Assembly: GCA_018003035.1 (NCBI GenBank)
Contig: JAGNEX010000002.1
Span: 477 to 64,476, forward strand
Source of the DNA: Acidimicrobiia bacterium
GTDB taxonomy: Bacteria; Actinomycetota; Acidimicrobiia; IMCC26256; JAGNEX01
Direction: 5' to 3'
DNA length: 64,000 nucleotides
A model generated the notes under the pieces. That model saw only the letters and a list, made by a program, of their open reading frames with translations, searched no databases and was not told the DNA's origin. Positions 29,303 to 39,708 of the stretch are shown here, piece by piece. Position 1 is the first letter of the stretch; every line of letters begins with the position of its first letter. A program made the position numbers and the translations under genes.

Positions 29303-30082
29303 ATGAACCGATTGAAAGAAGCCTTAGCGGCGCGTTTCTCGGCAGTCTTGCTGGGTGCGGCCGCGGGGCTCGTGTTACTTCTGGGCCTGGTCGGCTGCTC
29401 GGGCAGCGAACGCGGTGCCGATGCCTCCGCGTCCACCACTTCTGACGAGCCCCAGGTGACCGCACCATCTACGTCGACGACAGTCGAAAGCGTCTCGAGT
29501 TCCTCGACCGGTGAGCACGTCGCGCCGTCAACCTCGATCACTTCCGCTACGGGGCCTACGACAACGGTGCCCAAGGCGTCGAGCACCTCTGCTCCGCCTG
29601 CTCGGCCGCAAGATGGTATCGGCGGCGTGTGGCAAATCTCAGCGGTGAAGGATGGACAGGTAACGGTGGCGCCGGCGGTTATCGAGTTCACCGCCGACGG
29701 CGAGGTCATCGTTGAGTTCGGGTGCAGCGGCGGCGCTGGCAGCTTCATGCTGGTCGGCGACGGAGAGCTCATCGTCGACACATTTGAGCCCGGTGACCCC
29801 TGTTCGGGGGCCGAGGCAATCAGCGACATTGCAGAGGCGCTCCTGAGCGCAGACGCCTTTAGTCAGGATGGCAACCGGGCAACATTGAGTTCGGGTTCGC
29901 AGGCAGCGATGACTCTCGAACGGACCACGGCTGCCGATGCCCCGTCGAGTAGCTCACCTGCCGGTGGTAATTCCTCGGCTCCTGGCGCCAACCCGAACAA
30001 TGTCGGTGCGGACACCAACGTTGGAGCCGGATCGGACGTGGGAGCTGATGTGGAGGCTTTCGGCGCAGGTGGCCAGGGGTGA
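29303..30082 (+). CDS. lipoprotein with Ser/Thr-rich linker and META(HslJ-like)-type domain
   Basis: ATG 29303. The signal peptide has a lipobox: LLLGLVGC-S. A low-complexity S/T linker follows, then WQISAVKDGQ...IEFTADGEVIVEFGCSGGAGSF...PCSG, which resembles a META domain. The tail is Gly/Ala/Asp-rich. Confidence 0.55.
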   Translation: MNRLKEALAARFSAVLLGAAAGLVLLLGLVGCSGSERGADASASTTSDEPQVTAPSTSTTVESVSSSSTGEHVAPSTSITSATGPTTTVPKASSTSAPPARPQDGIGGVWQISAVKDGQVTVAPAVIEFTADGEVIVEFGCSGGAGSFMLVGDGELIVDTFEPGDPCSGAEAISDIAEALLSADAFSQDGNRATLSSGSQAAMTLERTTAADAPSSSSPAGGNSSAPGANPNNVGADTNVGAGSDVGADVEAFGAGGQG

Positions 30083-30250
30083 TGTTGGAGAACGGGAAGC
30101 CGTTAGCCGTGTCCCGATAGTCTCACCGCCCGAGTGTGAGCCCCCATCTGCCGCCGTCAGACTCGTTCAGCTGGCGGCACCCGATTCGAGAAGTCGTTTC
30201 CGCCACGCCATCATCTGGCGGTCTGCCGAACTACTCAGAGGAAGGTTTCG

Positions 30251-30862
30251 ATGACGCGGACCAAATCAGGGGTGCGAGTCATTGCAGGAACCGCCGGTGG
30301 GCGCCGACTCGTCGTGCCGAGCGGTACGACCGTGCGCCCCATGACCGATCGAATGAAAGAGTCGGTCTTTTCTCGGCTCGGCCCGATTCCCCTCCCAGAT
30401 CGCACGGCGCTCGACCTCTTCGCAGGCAGTGGATCTCTGGGCCTAGAAGCACTCTCTCGAGGCGTTGACACCGTTACCTTCGTCGAGCGGGACCAGCGCC
30501 TGGTCGAGGCGATCAAAACCAACCTTGCGGCCTGCGGGTTTGAGGGGCGAGCGACCGTCACGGTGCAGTCGGTGGAGTGTCTTGCCCGAAGTCAAGCGCC
30601 CGGAAGTTTCGACCTTGTGTTCGCAGATCCGCCGTATCCGATGTCGGACGACGCCGTCGCCGCCATCTTGGACGATCTGGTGAAACACGGATGGGTGCAC
30701 GACCACACCCTCCTTATTGCGCATCGTCAAGGCGACAATCCTGCGGTCCTTGGCAAGTCGTGGGAAGCGTCTGGGGTGCACGGGTTCGGCAGTGGCTTTG
30801 TCATCCTGGCTACGGTTGCGGCCAACCACGGCATGGAATCTGCTGAGGTCGTGGATCTGTAG
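30251..30862 (+). CDS. rsmD: 16S rRNA (guanine966-N2)-methyltransferase
   Basis: RVIAGTAGGRRL, RPMTDRMKESVFS, DLFAGSGSLGLEALSRG and the catalytic ADPPY motif are present. Confidence 0.9.
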   Translation: MTRTKSGVRVIAGTAGGRRLVVPSGTTVRPMTDRMKESVFSRLGPIPLPDRTALDLFAGSGSLGLEALSRGVDTVTFVERDQRLVEAIKTNLAACGFEGRATVTVQSVECLARSQAPGSFDLVFADPPYPMSDDAVAAILDDLVKHGWVHDHTLLIAHRQGDNPAVLGKSWEASGVHGFGSGFVILATVAANHGMESAEVVDL

Positions 30863-30887
30863 CACGTCGACGGAAGGCTCAACGAGG

Positions 30888-31388
30888 GTGGCAACTGCGC
30901 TGTGTCCAGGATCGTTTGATCCGGTGACCATGGGTCACCTCGACATCATCAACCGGGCTTCTCAGTACTTTGATCGCCTCATCGTGGCGACGATCAGAAA
31001 CCCGCAGAAGTCAAAAGCCCTTTTTGAGCTCGATGAACGTCAAGAGATGCTCGCTGAAGTCACCGCTCATCTGCCCAATGTCGAGGTCGAGTCGTTCGCT
31101 GGTCTGCTGGTCGACTTCGCTCGCGACCGTGGTGCCGATGCAATCGTCAAGGGGCTCCGAGCCGTCTCCGATTTTGAGTACGAACTCCAGATGGCACAGA
31201 TGAATCAAAAGCTGAGCGGGATCGACACGTTCTTTTTGACGACCGCACCCCGCTATTCGTTTCTGTCTTCGTCCTTGGTTCGAGAAGTTGCACGTTTCGG
31301 AGGTGATGTGCGCTCGATGGTGCCGCCCGAGGTCTATGGTCGTCTGTCACAGCGATACGAAAACCTCCCACCGCTGGCGGATTCGTAG
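30888..31388 (+). CDS. coaD: pantetheine-phosphate adenylyltransferase
   Basis: The GTG start at 30888 gives VATALCPGSFDPVTMGHLDII (T/HxGH motif), plus KGLRAVSDFEYE and SSSLVRE. The track ORF starting at 30717 overlaps rsmD. Confidence 0.92.
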   Translation: MATALCPGSFDPVTMGHLDIINRASQYFDRLIVATIRNPQKSKALFELDERQEMLAEVTAHLPNVEVESFAGLLVDFARDRGADAIVKGLRAVSDFEYELQMAQMNQKLSGIDTFFLTTAPRYSFLSSSLVREVARFGGDVRSMVPPEVYGRLSQRYENLPPLADS

Positions 31389-31547
31389 ATCCCCCTCGCC
31401 CTGCTTCAGGGCTCAAGAGAACGACCGGGAGGGGACAGCACGACCGCTTCCCTGCGAGTCAAACCCTCCACCTGGAACATCAAGAACTCACCACTCAAAG
31501 ATTTGGCCGCGACTAACTCCCGGGGTCTCTGAGGAGGAACCTGTCAT

Positions 31548-32225
31548 ATGTCGACAGCACAGGAATTGGAGCAGTTGCTCACCCGCCTTCGCGCTCTTGT
31601 TGCGGATGCTCGACCGGTCCCGCTGTCTACTTCGGTGATCATCCATCGCGATGAGGCGATGGATTTGATCGACACTGCGATCGAAATGTTGCCCGAAGAC
31701 CTCAAGCGCGCTCGCCGTATCATCAGCGAACGCGACCAGGTCATCGGTGAGGGCGAGCACGAGGCACAGCAACTCATCGAGCAGGCCCGCGCCCGGGTAG
31801 AACAGCTCGTCTCGCGAACGGAGATCGTTCGTGAAGCGCGCCGGGTTGCCGATCAGATGCTTTCCGACGCGGAGCACAGGTCTCGTCAGATGCAGCACGA
31901 AACCGAGGATTACGTCGACCAGAAGCTCGCATCCTTCGAGATCGTTCTCGAACGAACCTTGCGGACGGTCCACAAGGGCCGTTCTCAGCTTCAGCCTCAG
32001 ATCGACGACTCCGGCAGCTTGAACAACCTGGCGCCAGATGGCACGGGCGAGATAGCTGGTACCTACGACGAACTCGCTGAGCTCGGTGACGCTTACGACC
32101 AGCCCTACGAGCCGGCGCCCGGCGGGTACACCGACGACTACGAGTATCCCGAGGACAGCGCGTTGTACGAGCCCGAAGAGCCTGAGGAAACTCCGCGTCG
32201 TCAACGACGACGCCGCCCGCGCTAA
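31548..32225 (+). CDS. DivIVA-domain / SepIVA-like coiled-coil protein
   Basis: Coiled-coil protein located between coaD and yceD, as for mycobacterial SepIVA (Rv2927c). Features recalled as shared with SepIVA: an N-terminal ARPVPLSTSVIIHRDEAMDLID segment and the YVDQKLASFEIVLERTLRTVHKGRSQL segment. It has an acidic C-terminal tail. Confidence 0.5.
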   Translation: MSTAQELEQLLTRLRALVADARPVPLSTSVIIHRDEAMDLIDTAIEMLPEDLKRARRIISERDQVIGEGEHEAQQLIEQARARVEQLVSRTEIVREARRVADQMLSDAEHRSRQMQHETEDYVDQKLASFEIVLERTLRTVHKGRSQLQPQIDDSGSLNNLAPDGTGEIAGTYDELAELGDAYDQPYEPAPGGYTDDYEYPEDSALYEPEEPEETPRRQRRRRPR

Positions 32226-32374
32226 GGCCGAAACTCTCCGCCGGGACCCCTGGTGAGAGTCAAACGTGGCCGGTGCTGTGCTTTCGAACGGCCGTGCCTA
32301 CCGCGTATCCTGTCCATGTACGCCTTGCCGTTGCAGCCCCGCTCCCGTTGCAGCGCACGACTCGGGGAGGTCTG

Positions 32375-32890
32375 ATGGAACGATCCGTTGGCCCGTTTGT
32401 CGTCGACACCCGTCGCGCCCAACGCAATGCCGGCACGCCCGAACCCTTTGAAGTGTCGGGCTTGCTTGCGGTGGAAGGTGAACCCGGCGTAATGCCCGAC
32501 CCCGAGACTCCGGTGGTGTGCGTCGGGACGCTTCAGGCCCTTTCCGACGGCAGCATTGTCGTCAATGCCGACGCCACTGGCGCGTGGATCGGGCAGTGTC
32601 GCAGGTGCTTGCGGTCGCTCTCGGAGCCGCTCAGCGTTCACCTCAGCGAGTTGTTCGAAGCCTCGCCTGAAGAGGGCGAGACCTATCAGCTCGGCGATCA
32701 GACGATCGATCTTGAACAAGCGGTCCGTGACAACTTCATTTTGGAGATGCCCGTACTGACGCTGTGTTCTGAGGAGTGCGAAGGGATCTGCCCCGAGTGT
32801 GGCGCAGACCGGAATGAAGCGCCCTGCGGCTGCACGGTTGAACGCTTGGACCCGCGCTGGGACGCCCTCAAGGACTTTGATTTCAGTTAG
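32375..32890 (+). CDS. YceD (DUF177) family protein
   Basis: ATG 32375 follows ggggagg. It has the C-terminal Cys cluster CSEECEGICPECGADRNEAPCGC and DPRWDAL, and sits immediately upstream of rpmF as in most bacteria. Confidence 0.85.
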   Translation: MERSVGPFVVDTRRAQRNAGTPEPFEVSGLLAVEGEPGVMPDPETPVVCVGTLQALSDGSIVVNADATGAWIGQCRRCLRSLSEPLSVHLSELFEASPEEGETYQLGDQTIDLEQAVRDNFILEMPVLTLCSEECEGICPECGADRNEAPCGCTVERLDPRWDALKDFDFS

Positions 32891-33058
32891 TAAACACCCT
32901 GCGCTTGACGAAAAGGTGGCGTTGCGTCCTCGGCTCAGCAGGTTCTCCTACATGGCCGTGTTGTAACATCCGACGCTTGCTCCGCGGCCGTTTGCCGCCA
33001 ACCCGAGCGATCTGACAGCCCGCGTCGCATGGCCGGGTGAACTACTCGAGGATTAACG

Positions 33059-33238
33059 ATGGCCGTTCCAAAGCGAAAGACGCCTCAATCAAAGTCTCGG
33101 ACTCGCCGGGCAGAGGCTTGGAAGCTTCGCCGCCCGTCCGCGTCGACTTGCCCCCGATGCGGCACGACCAAGCGCCCCCACACCGTTTGTAAGGAATGTG
33201 GCTGGTACGCCGGCCGCGAAGCTGTTCGCGTTGACTGA
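33059..33238 (+). CDS. rpmF: 50S ribosomal protein L32
   Basis: Not in the ORF track because it is 59 aa. My own translation is MAVPKRKTPQSKSRTRRAEAWKLRRPSASTCPRCGTTKRPHTVCKECGWYAGREAVRVD, the canonical L32 with a zinc ribbon. Confidence 0.93.
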   Translation: MAVPKRKTPQSKSRTRRAEAWKLRRPSASTCPRCGTTKRPHTVCKECGWYAGREAVRVD

Positions 33239-34001
33239 TTCGGATACCTCCGAAAGTCCCGTTGCGAGTCGCGACGAACACGAAAGCCAGGGAGTCATCG
33301 GGTCTACGGCGCAGTTGTCTCGCGCCCTGGGATATGACTTTGACGACGCCACCCTGCTCGATATTGCACTGACCCACCGGTCCTTCTGCTCGGAGCATCC
33401 GGGCGTTGAGTCCAATGAGCGCCTGGAATTTCTCGGTGATTCCGTCCTGGGATTGGTGATCACTCGGGACATCTATCTGCGGTTTCCGGATCGTCCTGAA
33501 GGATCCCTCGCCAAGATGCGGGCGTCCATCGTCAACGCAACGTCGCTGGCAGAGTGGGGTAATCGGCTCGGAATTGGCAAGGCGTTGAAGCTCGGTCGAG
33601 GCGAAGACCGATCGGGCGGACGGACCAAGTCCTCCATCATCTCTGACGCCGTCGAAGCTGTAATCGGTGCTATGTATCTAGACGGTGGTTTGGAGCCGGC
33701 CCGTCAGTTTGTACTGGCCGGGCTCGAAGACCAGGTGCGTCAAGCGGGTCGCGGGCCGGGGGCACACGATTACAAAACCCGTCTTCAAGAAATTGCAGCC
33801 CGAGAGTGGGGTGCGGTTCCGCAATATCAAGTAGAAGGTTCTGGGCCAGATCACGAGCGTCAGTACGTCGCCACCGTCGAAGTGGCCGGCATGTTGACCG
33901 GTGAAGGGGTTGGCCCATCCAAAAAACGAGCGCAACAAAGGGCAGCAGCGCAAGCGTGCCGTCACTACCGGGAGCTCGTCGAAGCAGGCGAGCTCGGATA
34001 A
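33198..34001 (+). CDS. rnc: ribonuclease III
   Basis: RNase III signature NERLEFLGDSVLG and a C-terminal dsRBD (DYKTRLQE...GPDHERQY...GVGPSKKRAQQRAA). The ATG at 33198 overlaps rpmF by 41 nt. The TTG at 33231 is an alternative start. Confidence 0.92.
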   Translation: MAGTPAAKLFALTDSDTSESPVASRDEHESQGVIGSTAQLSRALGYDFDDATLLDIALTHRSFCSEHPGVESNERLEFLGDSVLGLVITRDIYLRFPDRPEGSLAKMRASIVNATSLAEWGNRLGIGKALKLGRGEDRSGGRTKSSIISDAVEAVIGAMYLDGGLEPARQFVLAGLEDQVRQAGRGPGAHDYKTRLQEIAAREWGAVPQYQVEGSGPDHERQYVATVEVAGMLTGEGVGPSKKRAQQRAAAQACRHYRELVEAGELG

Positions 34002-34028
34002 TCCGAACGAATTGAAAGAGGCAGCTGA

Positions 34029-34862
34029 ATGCCTGAATTGCCCGAAGTTGAAGTACTGCGCCGGGACCTCGATAAAGAAGCGTCGGGGAAGAAAATCAAG
34101 TCGGTGGAGGTCTTCGACGAGCGGTCGTTGAAGAAGAACCCGAGCGCGAAGGCGTTCATCCAGGCCCTTGAAGGCAAGAAGATTACGTCGGTCAGCCGGA
34201 CAGGTAAGTGGCTCGACCTGACCTTGGATAAGGCGGACCACCTGGTCATCCATTTGGGGATGTCTGGCCAGCTGCTTCGCTCAACGCCAAAGAACGGCGA
34301 TCCCGACCATCTCAAGGTGCGCATTACCTTCACCCAGGGTGGCGCCTTGTTGTTCGTGGATCCCCGAATCTTCGGCGAGATGGCGGTGCTTACTTCCGAG
34401 GAATTCTTGGCGACCGAAGAGATTCAAGACCTTGGACTGGACGCGCTGGACCAGCCCATTTCGTGGGCCGAGTTCGGCCGCATGCTGATGGCCCGCCGCA
34501 CGAAGCTCAAGAGCCTGCTGATGGACCAGAAATTCCTCGCTGGCCTGGGCAATATCTATTCCGACGAGGTGCTGTTTAACGCCGGTCTGATGCACGATCG
34601 AGTCTCGAACAGCCTGTCGGCCCAAGAGGTGCGTCGCCTCTACCGGGGCATCATCGAGGTCTTGCAAGAAGCGGTGAAGTACCGCGGCTCAACCTTGGGT
34701 GACGGCGGTTACGTCGATCTCTTCGGCAAGCCTGGCGACTACCGTCAGTACCACAAGGTCTACGACCGCGAGGGTGAAGCGTGTCGCCGTTGTCGTCGCT
34801 CGATCGTCAAAAACAAGGTTTCGGGCCGGTCCACGTACTATTGCGAGGCCTGTCAGGTTTAG
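34029..34862 (+). CDS. mutM: formamidopyrimidine-DNA glycosylase
   Basis: N-terminal MPELPEVE catalytic motif, H2TH region, and the C-terminal zinc finger CRRCRRSIVKNKVSGRSTYYCEACQ. Confidence 0.93.
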   Translation: MPELPEVEVLRRDLDKEASGKKIKSVEVFDERSLKKNPSAKAFIQALEGKKITSVSRTGKWLDLTLDKADHLVIHLGMSGQLLRSTPKNGDPDHLKVRITFTQGGALLFVDPRIFGEMAVLTSEEFLATEEIQDLGLDALDQPISWAEFGRMLMARRTKLKSLLMDQKFLAGLGNIYSDEVLFNAGLMHDRVSNSLSAQEVRRLYRGIIEVLQEAVKYRGSTLGDGGYVDLFGKPGDYRQYHKVYDREGEACRRCRRSIVKNKVSGRSTYYCEACQV

Positions 34863-34875
34863 AGCCGGAGGCCCG

Positions 34876-37800
34876 TTGTTTCTTAAATCCCTGACGATCC
34901 ACGGCTTCAAATCCTTCGCTACAAAACAGGTACTCGAGCTTGAGCCGGGCATCTCTGTAGTCGTCGGTCCCAACGGATCGGGTAAGTCAAACATCGTCGA
35001 CGCTGTCGCATGGGTTCTGGGCGCGCAAGGCGCCAGGGCTTTGCGCGGCGGCGAAATGAAAGATGTGATTTTCGGGGGGACCCCCAATCGACCGGCGCTT
35101 GGGCGAGCGCAGGTCAGCCTGGTCATCGACAACAGTGATCGGTACTTGCCGATCGACTTTACCGAGGTGACCATCTCGCGGACGCTGTACCGCTCGGGTG
35201 ACTCTGAATACGCCATCAACGGGGCACCGTGCCGCCTGCTTGACATCACAGAACTGCTGTCTGACAGCGGTGTCGGCCGCTCTCGGCACGTCATCGTCAG
35301 TCAGGGACATCTCGACGACGTCTTGCGCTCGAAACCCGAGGACCGTCGCACGATGGTCGAAGACGCGGCGGGGATCCTCAAATACCGCCGTCGTCGAGAG
35401 CGTTCCCAAAAGCGGCTCGAAGATACCGAGAAAGACCTGACTCGACTCCAGGACCTGCTTCGCGAAGTGCGACGTCAGATCAAGCCGCTGGAACGACAGG
35501 CAGCTGCGGCTGAACGCCATGGCTCGCTGATGTCCGTTCTCGACGGTGTCCGGCTCCGACAGGCCGCCGAAGAGGTCGCCGCACTCAGCGAAGATTTGAA
35601 CCGTTCCGAAACGGTCGAGTCCGAGGTCTCGGCCAAGCGAGCCGAATTGAGGAAACTGCTCGAAGGGCTCGAGACGCGCATTGCCGAGCTTGAGGCCACC
35701 ATCACCGATGGGACCGGCGACGAGCTTCGGCACGGTGCTGCCACAGCCGAAACGCTCCTGGAACGAATCAAAGGACGCCAACGGCTCGTGGCTGAAAAGG
35801 TCAAGGGCCTCAAAGCGACGATGGACGCGGCGGCCGATTCAAGCGTTGCCGAAACCCTGGTCGCCGATCGTTCCGCATCGCTCGCTCGGCTCGACGCGCT
35901 CGCTCAGTTGGTGGCAGCGCTGGCTCCAGAACGTGAGGTTCTGAGGGTGGCTCGCGGTGAGCTGGCCGAGTACGACAAACAGCTTGAATCGATGCCAGGC
36001 CGCGGCAATCAAGAACGATTGGCCCGCGAGCTCGCTCAAGTCGATGGCGGTCTTCGATCTCACGCGAATGATGCCGATCGCCTCGAACAAGAGAAACGGC
36101 GTCTCGAGAACCGCATATCGGACCATTCTCAACAACTAGCCGATGCCGATGTTGCCCGACAGCAGCGCACGGCAGCACTGGCCGAGGCGAAGACAGCGCT
36201 CGAACAGACCCACGATCGGCTGACTCGTTCAAAGGCGCGTCTTGAGGCGACCGAAGCCGAGTTCGCGGCGAGTGAGGCTGCACGCGAATCTGCACGATCA
36301 GAACTGTCAAAGGTCAAAGCGACCCTAGACACCCTTCAAGCTCAGTTTGAGATGGCGCGTCAGGCTGCGGGGGTGGAGCGTTTCGCTGATATCTCGGGCG
36401 TTGTCGGAACGCTCGCGGAACTCGTCGAGGTCCGCGGACCCGCCACTCGTGCCGTCGCGTCAGTGCTCGCCGACCTCGTCAAAGCCATCGTGGTTCAGGA
36501 CACCGAAGCCGCGGGCGAAGTGCGTCAGCGCGCCTCGGAACACGGCGACCCCGTGCTCATCATCATTCGATCGCTGTGCAACAACGATCCTCTGGACGGC
36601 GTTCGTCCCGATTCGTTGGCGGCGATGGTCCGCTGTTCAGACAGTGTGCTGCACCACTGGCTGCAAGCGCGTCTGGCTTCGATGCTGCTCGCTGATCCTT
36701 CCGGGATCGATCAAAGCCGACCGGAGGCACTGTCGATCGTTGTCGACGCTGACGGCAATCAGTACGACGGGGCGGTGTGGCGCCTTGGTCAGACCGGGGC
36801 GCCGACCGTTTCTCGGTCCCAACTCGACGAGGCGGAAAAGGCCTTCTCGCAAACCCTCGCACGCTCCGAAGACTGCGACACGGCGGCCAAGATGGCTCGG
36901 GTTGAGCGCGACGAAATGCGGTCGGCACTGCAAAGGGCTGAGAACGACCTCCGGTCCACCCAGCGAGCGTTCGACCAGGCAGAGCGGGCACTAGCGGCGT
37001 TCGATGATGCGCAGGCCGGCCATGAGCGGGTGCTGCTCGAAGCCCAAGAGTCCCTTGCGGAGCTCGAACAGCGAGCCGATTCGCTGAAAACGACCCGGGA
37101 AGGGTTGCTCGCGAAGCGCGAAGAGTTGACCCCCCAGATCAGAGACGCAGACGCTCAGGCGGCCCAGCGACGTGAACTCAGGTCGCGGCGCGACAAGCAC
37201 GCGCACCGCTGTTCTGAGATGGCCCGCTCGCTCGAACTGAGAGAAACCCAGCTCTCCTCAGAGAAAGCCCAGCTCGAGTCGAGGATCAGTGAACTCGACC
37301 GGCGCCTAGAGCGCCACGCAACCGAACGCGCCGAGGCAGAGCGACGGAGGCGACGGCTTGACGATCAAGTAGTCGCGTATCAGGGGCTGACCGAGCGGTT
37401 GTCAGCAGTGTCAGGTCGCGTGGAAGGCATTCGGTCTCGCCTTCGGTCACAACTCGACGATGTCCTGGCCAGCGGCCGCGAAGTCACACGCCAGCTCGGC
37501 GAGCTCCGCAGTCAACGAAACGGCTTGTCCAAGGCGCTGACAGACCTCTCCGTCGGGGAGAACGAACGAGTTGAACGCCGAGCCACGTTGAAGACCCGGC
37601 TCGACACTCTGCTCGAAGCGGTCTTGCGAGAGTACGGACTTGACGAAGAGGCGCTGCACGGCGTGCCATCCCCCGAGCTACCGCCAGCTGTGACTCTCGA
37701 CCAATATCGTCGAGAGCTCGAACGGGAGCTCCGTTCCTTAGGCGTGATCAACCCTCTCGCTGTCGAGGAGTTCGCAGAGCTGCGGGAACGTTCGGAGTTC

Positions 37801-38442
37801 CTGGAAACTCAACTCGACGATGTTAAGAAAGCTCGCCGAGAGCTTCACGGCATCATCCGATCCGTCGACTCCGAGATCGGACAGCGGTTCAGCGACGCAT
37901 TTACCGATGTCGCAAAGCACTTCAGCGATCTGTTCGCCAAGTTGTTCCCGGGTGGAGAAGGACGGTTATCGCTCACCGAACCGGAAGATCCGCTGAACAC
38001 CGGCGTCGAAATCTTTGTCCAGATCGCAGGAAAGAACGTCCGTCGGTTGTCCCTGCTTTCGGGTGGCGAACGTTCGCTCACGTCGATGGCTTTTCTGTTC
38101 GCCATCTTCCGAGCGCGGCCTTCGCCGTTCTACATCCTCGACGAGGTTGAAGCAGCGCTCGATGACGTCAACCTTCACCGGTTCCTCGCGTTGCTCGAAG
38201 AGTTCCGCAAGGAAGCACAGCTCCTGGTCGTCACACACCAAAAGCGCACAATGGATGTAGCTGAATGCCTTCACGGTGTATCCCAGCGTCCGAGCGAGGG
38301 CAGCGTCGTCGTGAGTGAGAAGATCGGCGCTTCCAAAAAGCCTCGGTCGATGGCCACCGAGACCGGAGATATCGACGGCCTGCTGGCCTCCTCAGGGCCA
38401 GAAGCCGATAAGACCACAGCGGAGTTAGGGTCCCATGGATAA
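34876..38442 (+). CDS. smc: chromosome segregation protein SMC
   Basis: The TTG at 34876 follows ggagg and gives LFLKSLTIHGFKSFA...GPNGSGKSNIVDA (Walker A). Long coiled coils, a hinge, and the C-terminal LSGGERSLTSMAFLFAI and FYILDEVEAALD follow. The track ORF starting at 34699 overlaps mutM. Confidence 0.93.
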   Translation: MFLKSLTIHGFKSFATKQVLELEPGISVVVGPNGSGKSNIVDAVAWVLGAQGARALRGGEMKDVIFGGTPNRPALGRAQVSLVIDNSDRYLPIDFTEVTISRTLYRSGDSEYAINGAPCRLLDITELLSDSGVGRSRHVIVSQGHLDDVLRSKPEDRRTMVEDAAGILKYRRRRERSQKRLEDTEKDLTRLQDLLREVRRQIKPLERQAAAAERHGSLMSVLDGVRLRQAAEEVAALSEDLNRSETVESEVSAKRAELRKLLEGLETRIAELEATITDGTGDELRHGAATAETLLERIKGRQRLVAEKVKGLKATMDAAADSSVAETLVADRSASLARLDALAQLVAALAPEREVLRVARGELAEYDKQLESMPGRGNQERLARELAQVDGGLRSHANDADRLEQEKRRLENRISDHSQQLADADVARQQRTAALAEAKTALEQTHDRLTRSKARLEATEAEFAASEAARESARSELSKVKATLDTLQAQFEMARQAAGVERFADISGVVGTLAELVEVRGPATRAVASVLADLVKAIVVQDTEAAGEVRQRASEHGDPVLIIIRSLCNNDPLDGVRPDSLAAMVRCSDSVLHHWLQARLASMLLADPSGIDQSRPEALSIVVDADGNQYDGAVWRLGQTGAPTVSRSQLDEAEKAFSQTLARSEDCDTAAKMARVERDEMRSALQRAENDLRSTQRAFDQAERALAAFDDAQAGHERVLLEAQESLAELEQRADSLKTTREGLLAKREELTPQIRDADAQAAQRRELRSRRDKHAHRCSEMARSLELRETQLSSEKAQLESRISELDRRLERHATERAEAERRRRRLDDQVVAYQGLTERLSAVSGRVEGIRSRLRSQLDDVLASGREVTRQLGELRSQRNGLSKALTDLSVGENERVERRATLKTRLDTLLEAVLREYGLDEEALHGVPSPELPPAVTLDQYRRELERELRSLGVINPLAVEEFAELRERSEFLETQLDDVKKARRELHGIIRSVDSEIGQRFSDAFTDVAKHFSDLFAKLFPGGEGRLSLTEPEDPLNTGVEIFVQIAGKNVRRLSLLSGGERSLTSMAFLFAIFRARPSPFYILDEVEAALDDVNLHRFLALLEEFRKEAQLLVVTHQKRTMDVAECLHGVSQRPSEGSVVVSEKIGASKKPRSMATETGDIDGLLASSGPEADKTTAELGSHG

Positions 38443-39700
38443 CCTCGTACCGATTCTTGTCATCGGACTCTTGGCCGTTCTGGCTGTGGGGCTGATGCTC
38501 GGTTCACGTGTGGGTGCGCGCCGGGATGAAAAGGCGCGACTCGATGCCCAGAAGGCGCAGTCAGCTGCGAAGAAGGCGCCTCCACAAGCTGCGGTTCCGC
38601 CCGGTCAAAAGGTTCAGACAGGCCAGGCGACAGCGGAGGCCGTACCTGCCGACGCCGGCGCAGCTGGGTGGAACGACAACGATGCAGCTGGGCTGTCCGA
38701 AGTGACCGAGATCGTCGATCTGACCATCTCCGAAGAGCCTGCAGAACCGGGCGCGCCGTCGCAGGCGACCGACGAAGGTGAACCGGATCGCAGCGAAGGC
38801 TGGCTCCGTCGGCGACTCTCCAAGGCGCGAGCGCTCCTTGGCGATTATGTCTCTGACCTGCGGAATCGTTCCAAGCTTGACGATGAGGTTTGGGAAGACC
38901 TTGAAGAGGCGCTCATCCGAGCCGACGTGGGGGTGGCAGCGACAACCAGGGTCATTGGGGAACTGCAAGCCCAATCGAAGGCCGAAGGCTGGGACTCACC
39001 AGGTCAAGCCTTGGACGCCCTTCGCTCCCGGCTAGTCGAAGAACTCGGCTCCAAAGACCGCTCACTGCACACACGGGATGGCGAGCTGTCCATCTGGATG
39101 TTCGTGGGAGTCAACGGTGTGGGCAAAACCACCACTATTGGCAAACTCGCGCAACGTGCGGTTCGAGCGGATGAGACCGTAGTCCTGGCAGCGGGTGACA
39201 CCTTCCGCGCTGCTGCCTCAGAACAGTTGGCGACCTGGGGTGAGCGTGTCGGCGCGCACACCGTCCGGTCCCACGAGGGGGCCGATCCGGCTTCGGTCGT
39301 TTTCGACGCGGTCGACTCGGCAAAAGCCCGAGACGCTTCCCTGCTGCTTGTCGACACGGCGGGTCGTCTGCACACCAAGACCAACTTGATGGAAGAGCTC
39401 AAGAAGCTGCGCCGAGTTGTCGACCGTCAACCCGGAGCCCTCCAAGAGGTGCTGCTAGTGATGGACGCAACGACTGGCCAGAACGGCCTCGCTCAGGCGC
39501 GCATCTTCGCGGAAGCAGTCGACGTGACCGGCATCGTCTTGACCAAGCTCGATGGAACAGCCAAGGGTGGAATCGTGTTGGCCATCCAGGAAGAACTCGG
39601 CTTGCCGGTCAAGGTGGTCGGGGTTGGCGAACGAGCAGACGACCTCATCGACTTCGATCCCGAGGCGTTCGTCGACGCTCTGCTCGGAACTGACGACTAG
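38435..39700 (+). CDS. ftsY: signal recognition particle receptor FtsY
   Basis: N-terminal TM segment plus a charged A-domain, then the NG domain with [21 protein letters not shown] and [10 protein letters not shown]. It overlaps the smc stop by 8 nt. Confidence 0.93.
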   Translation: MDNLVPILVIGLLAVLAVGLMLGSRVGARRDEKARLDAQKAQSAAKKAPPQAAVPPGQKVQTGQATAEAVPADAGAAGWNDNDAAGLSEVTEIVDLTISEEPAEPGAPSQATDEGEPDRSEGWLRRRLSKARALLGDYVSDLRNRSKLDDEVWEDLEEALIRADVGVAATTRVIGELQAQSKAEGWDSPGQALDALRSRLVEELGSKDRSLHTRDGELSIWMFVGVNGVGKTTTIGKLAQRAVRADETVVLAAGDTFRAAASEQLATWGERVGAHTVRSHEGADPASVVFDAVDSAKARDASLLLVDTAGRLHTKTNLMEELKKLRRVVDRQPGALQEVLLVMDATTGQNGLAQARIFAEAVDVTGIVLTKLDGTAKGGIVLAIQEELGLPVKVVGVGERADDLIDFDPEAFVDALLGTDD

Positions 39701-39708
39701 GAACCCAC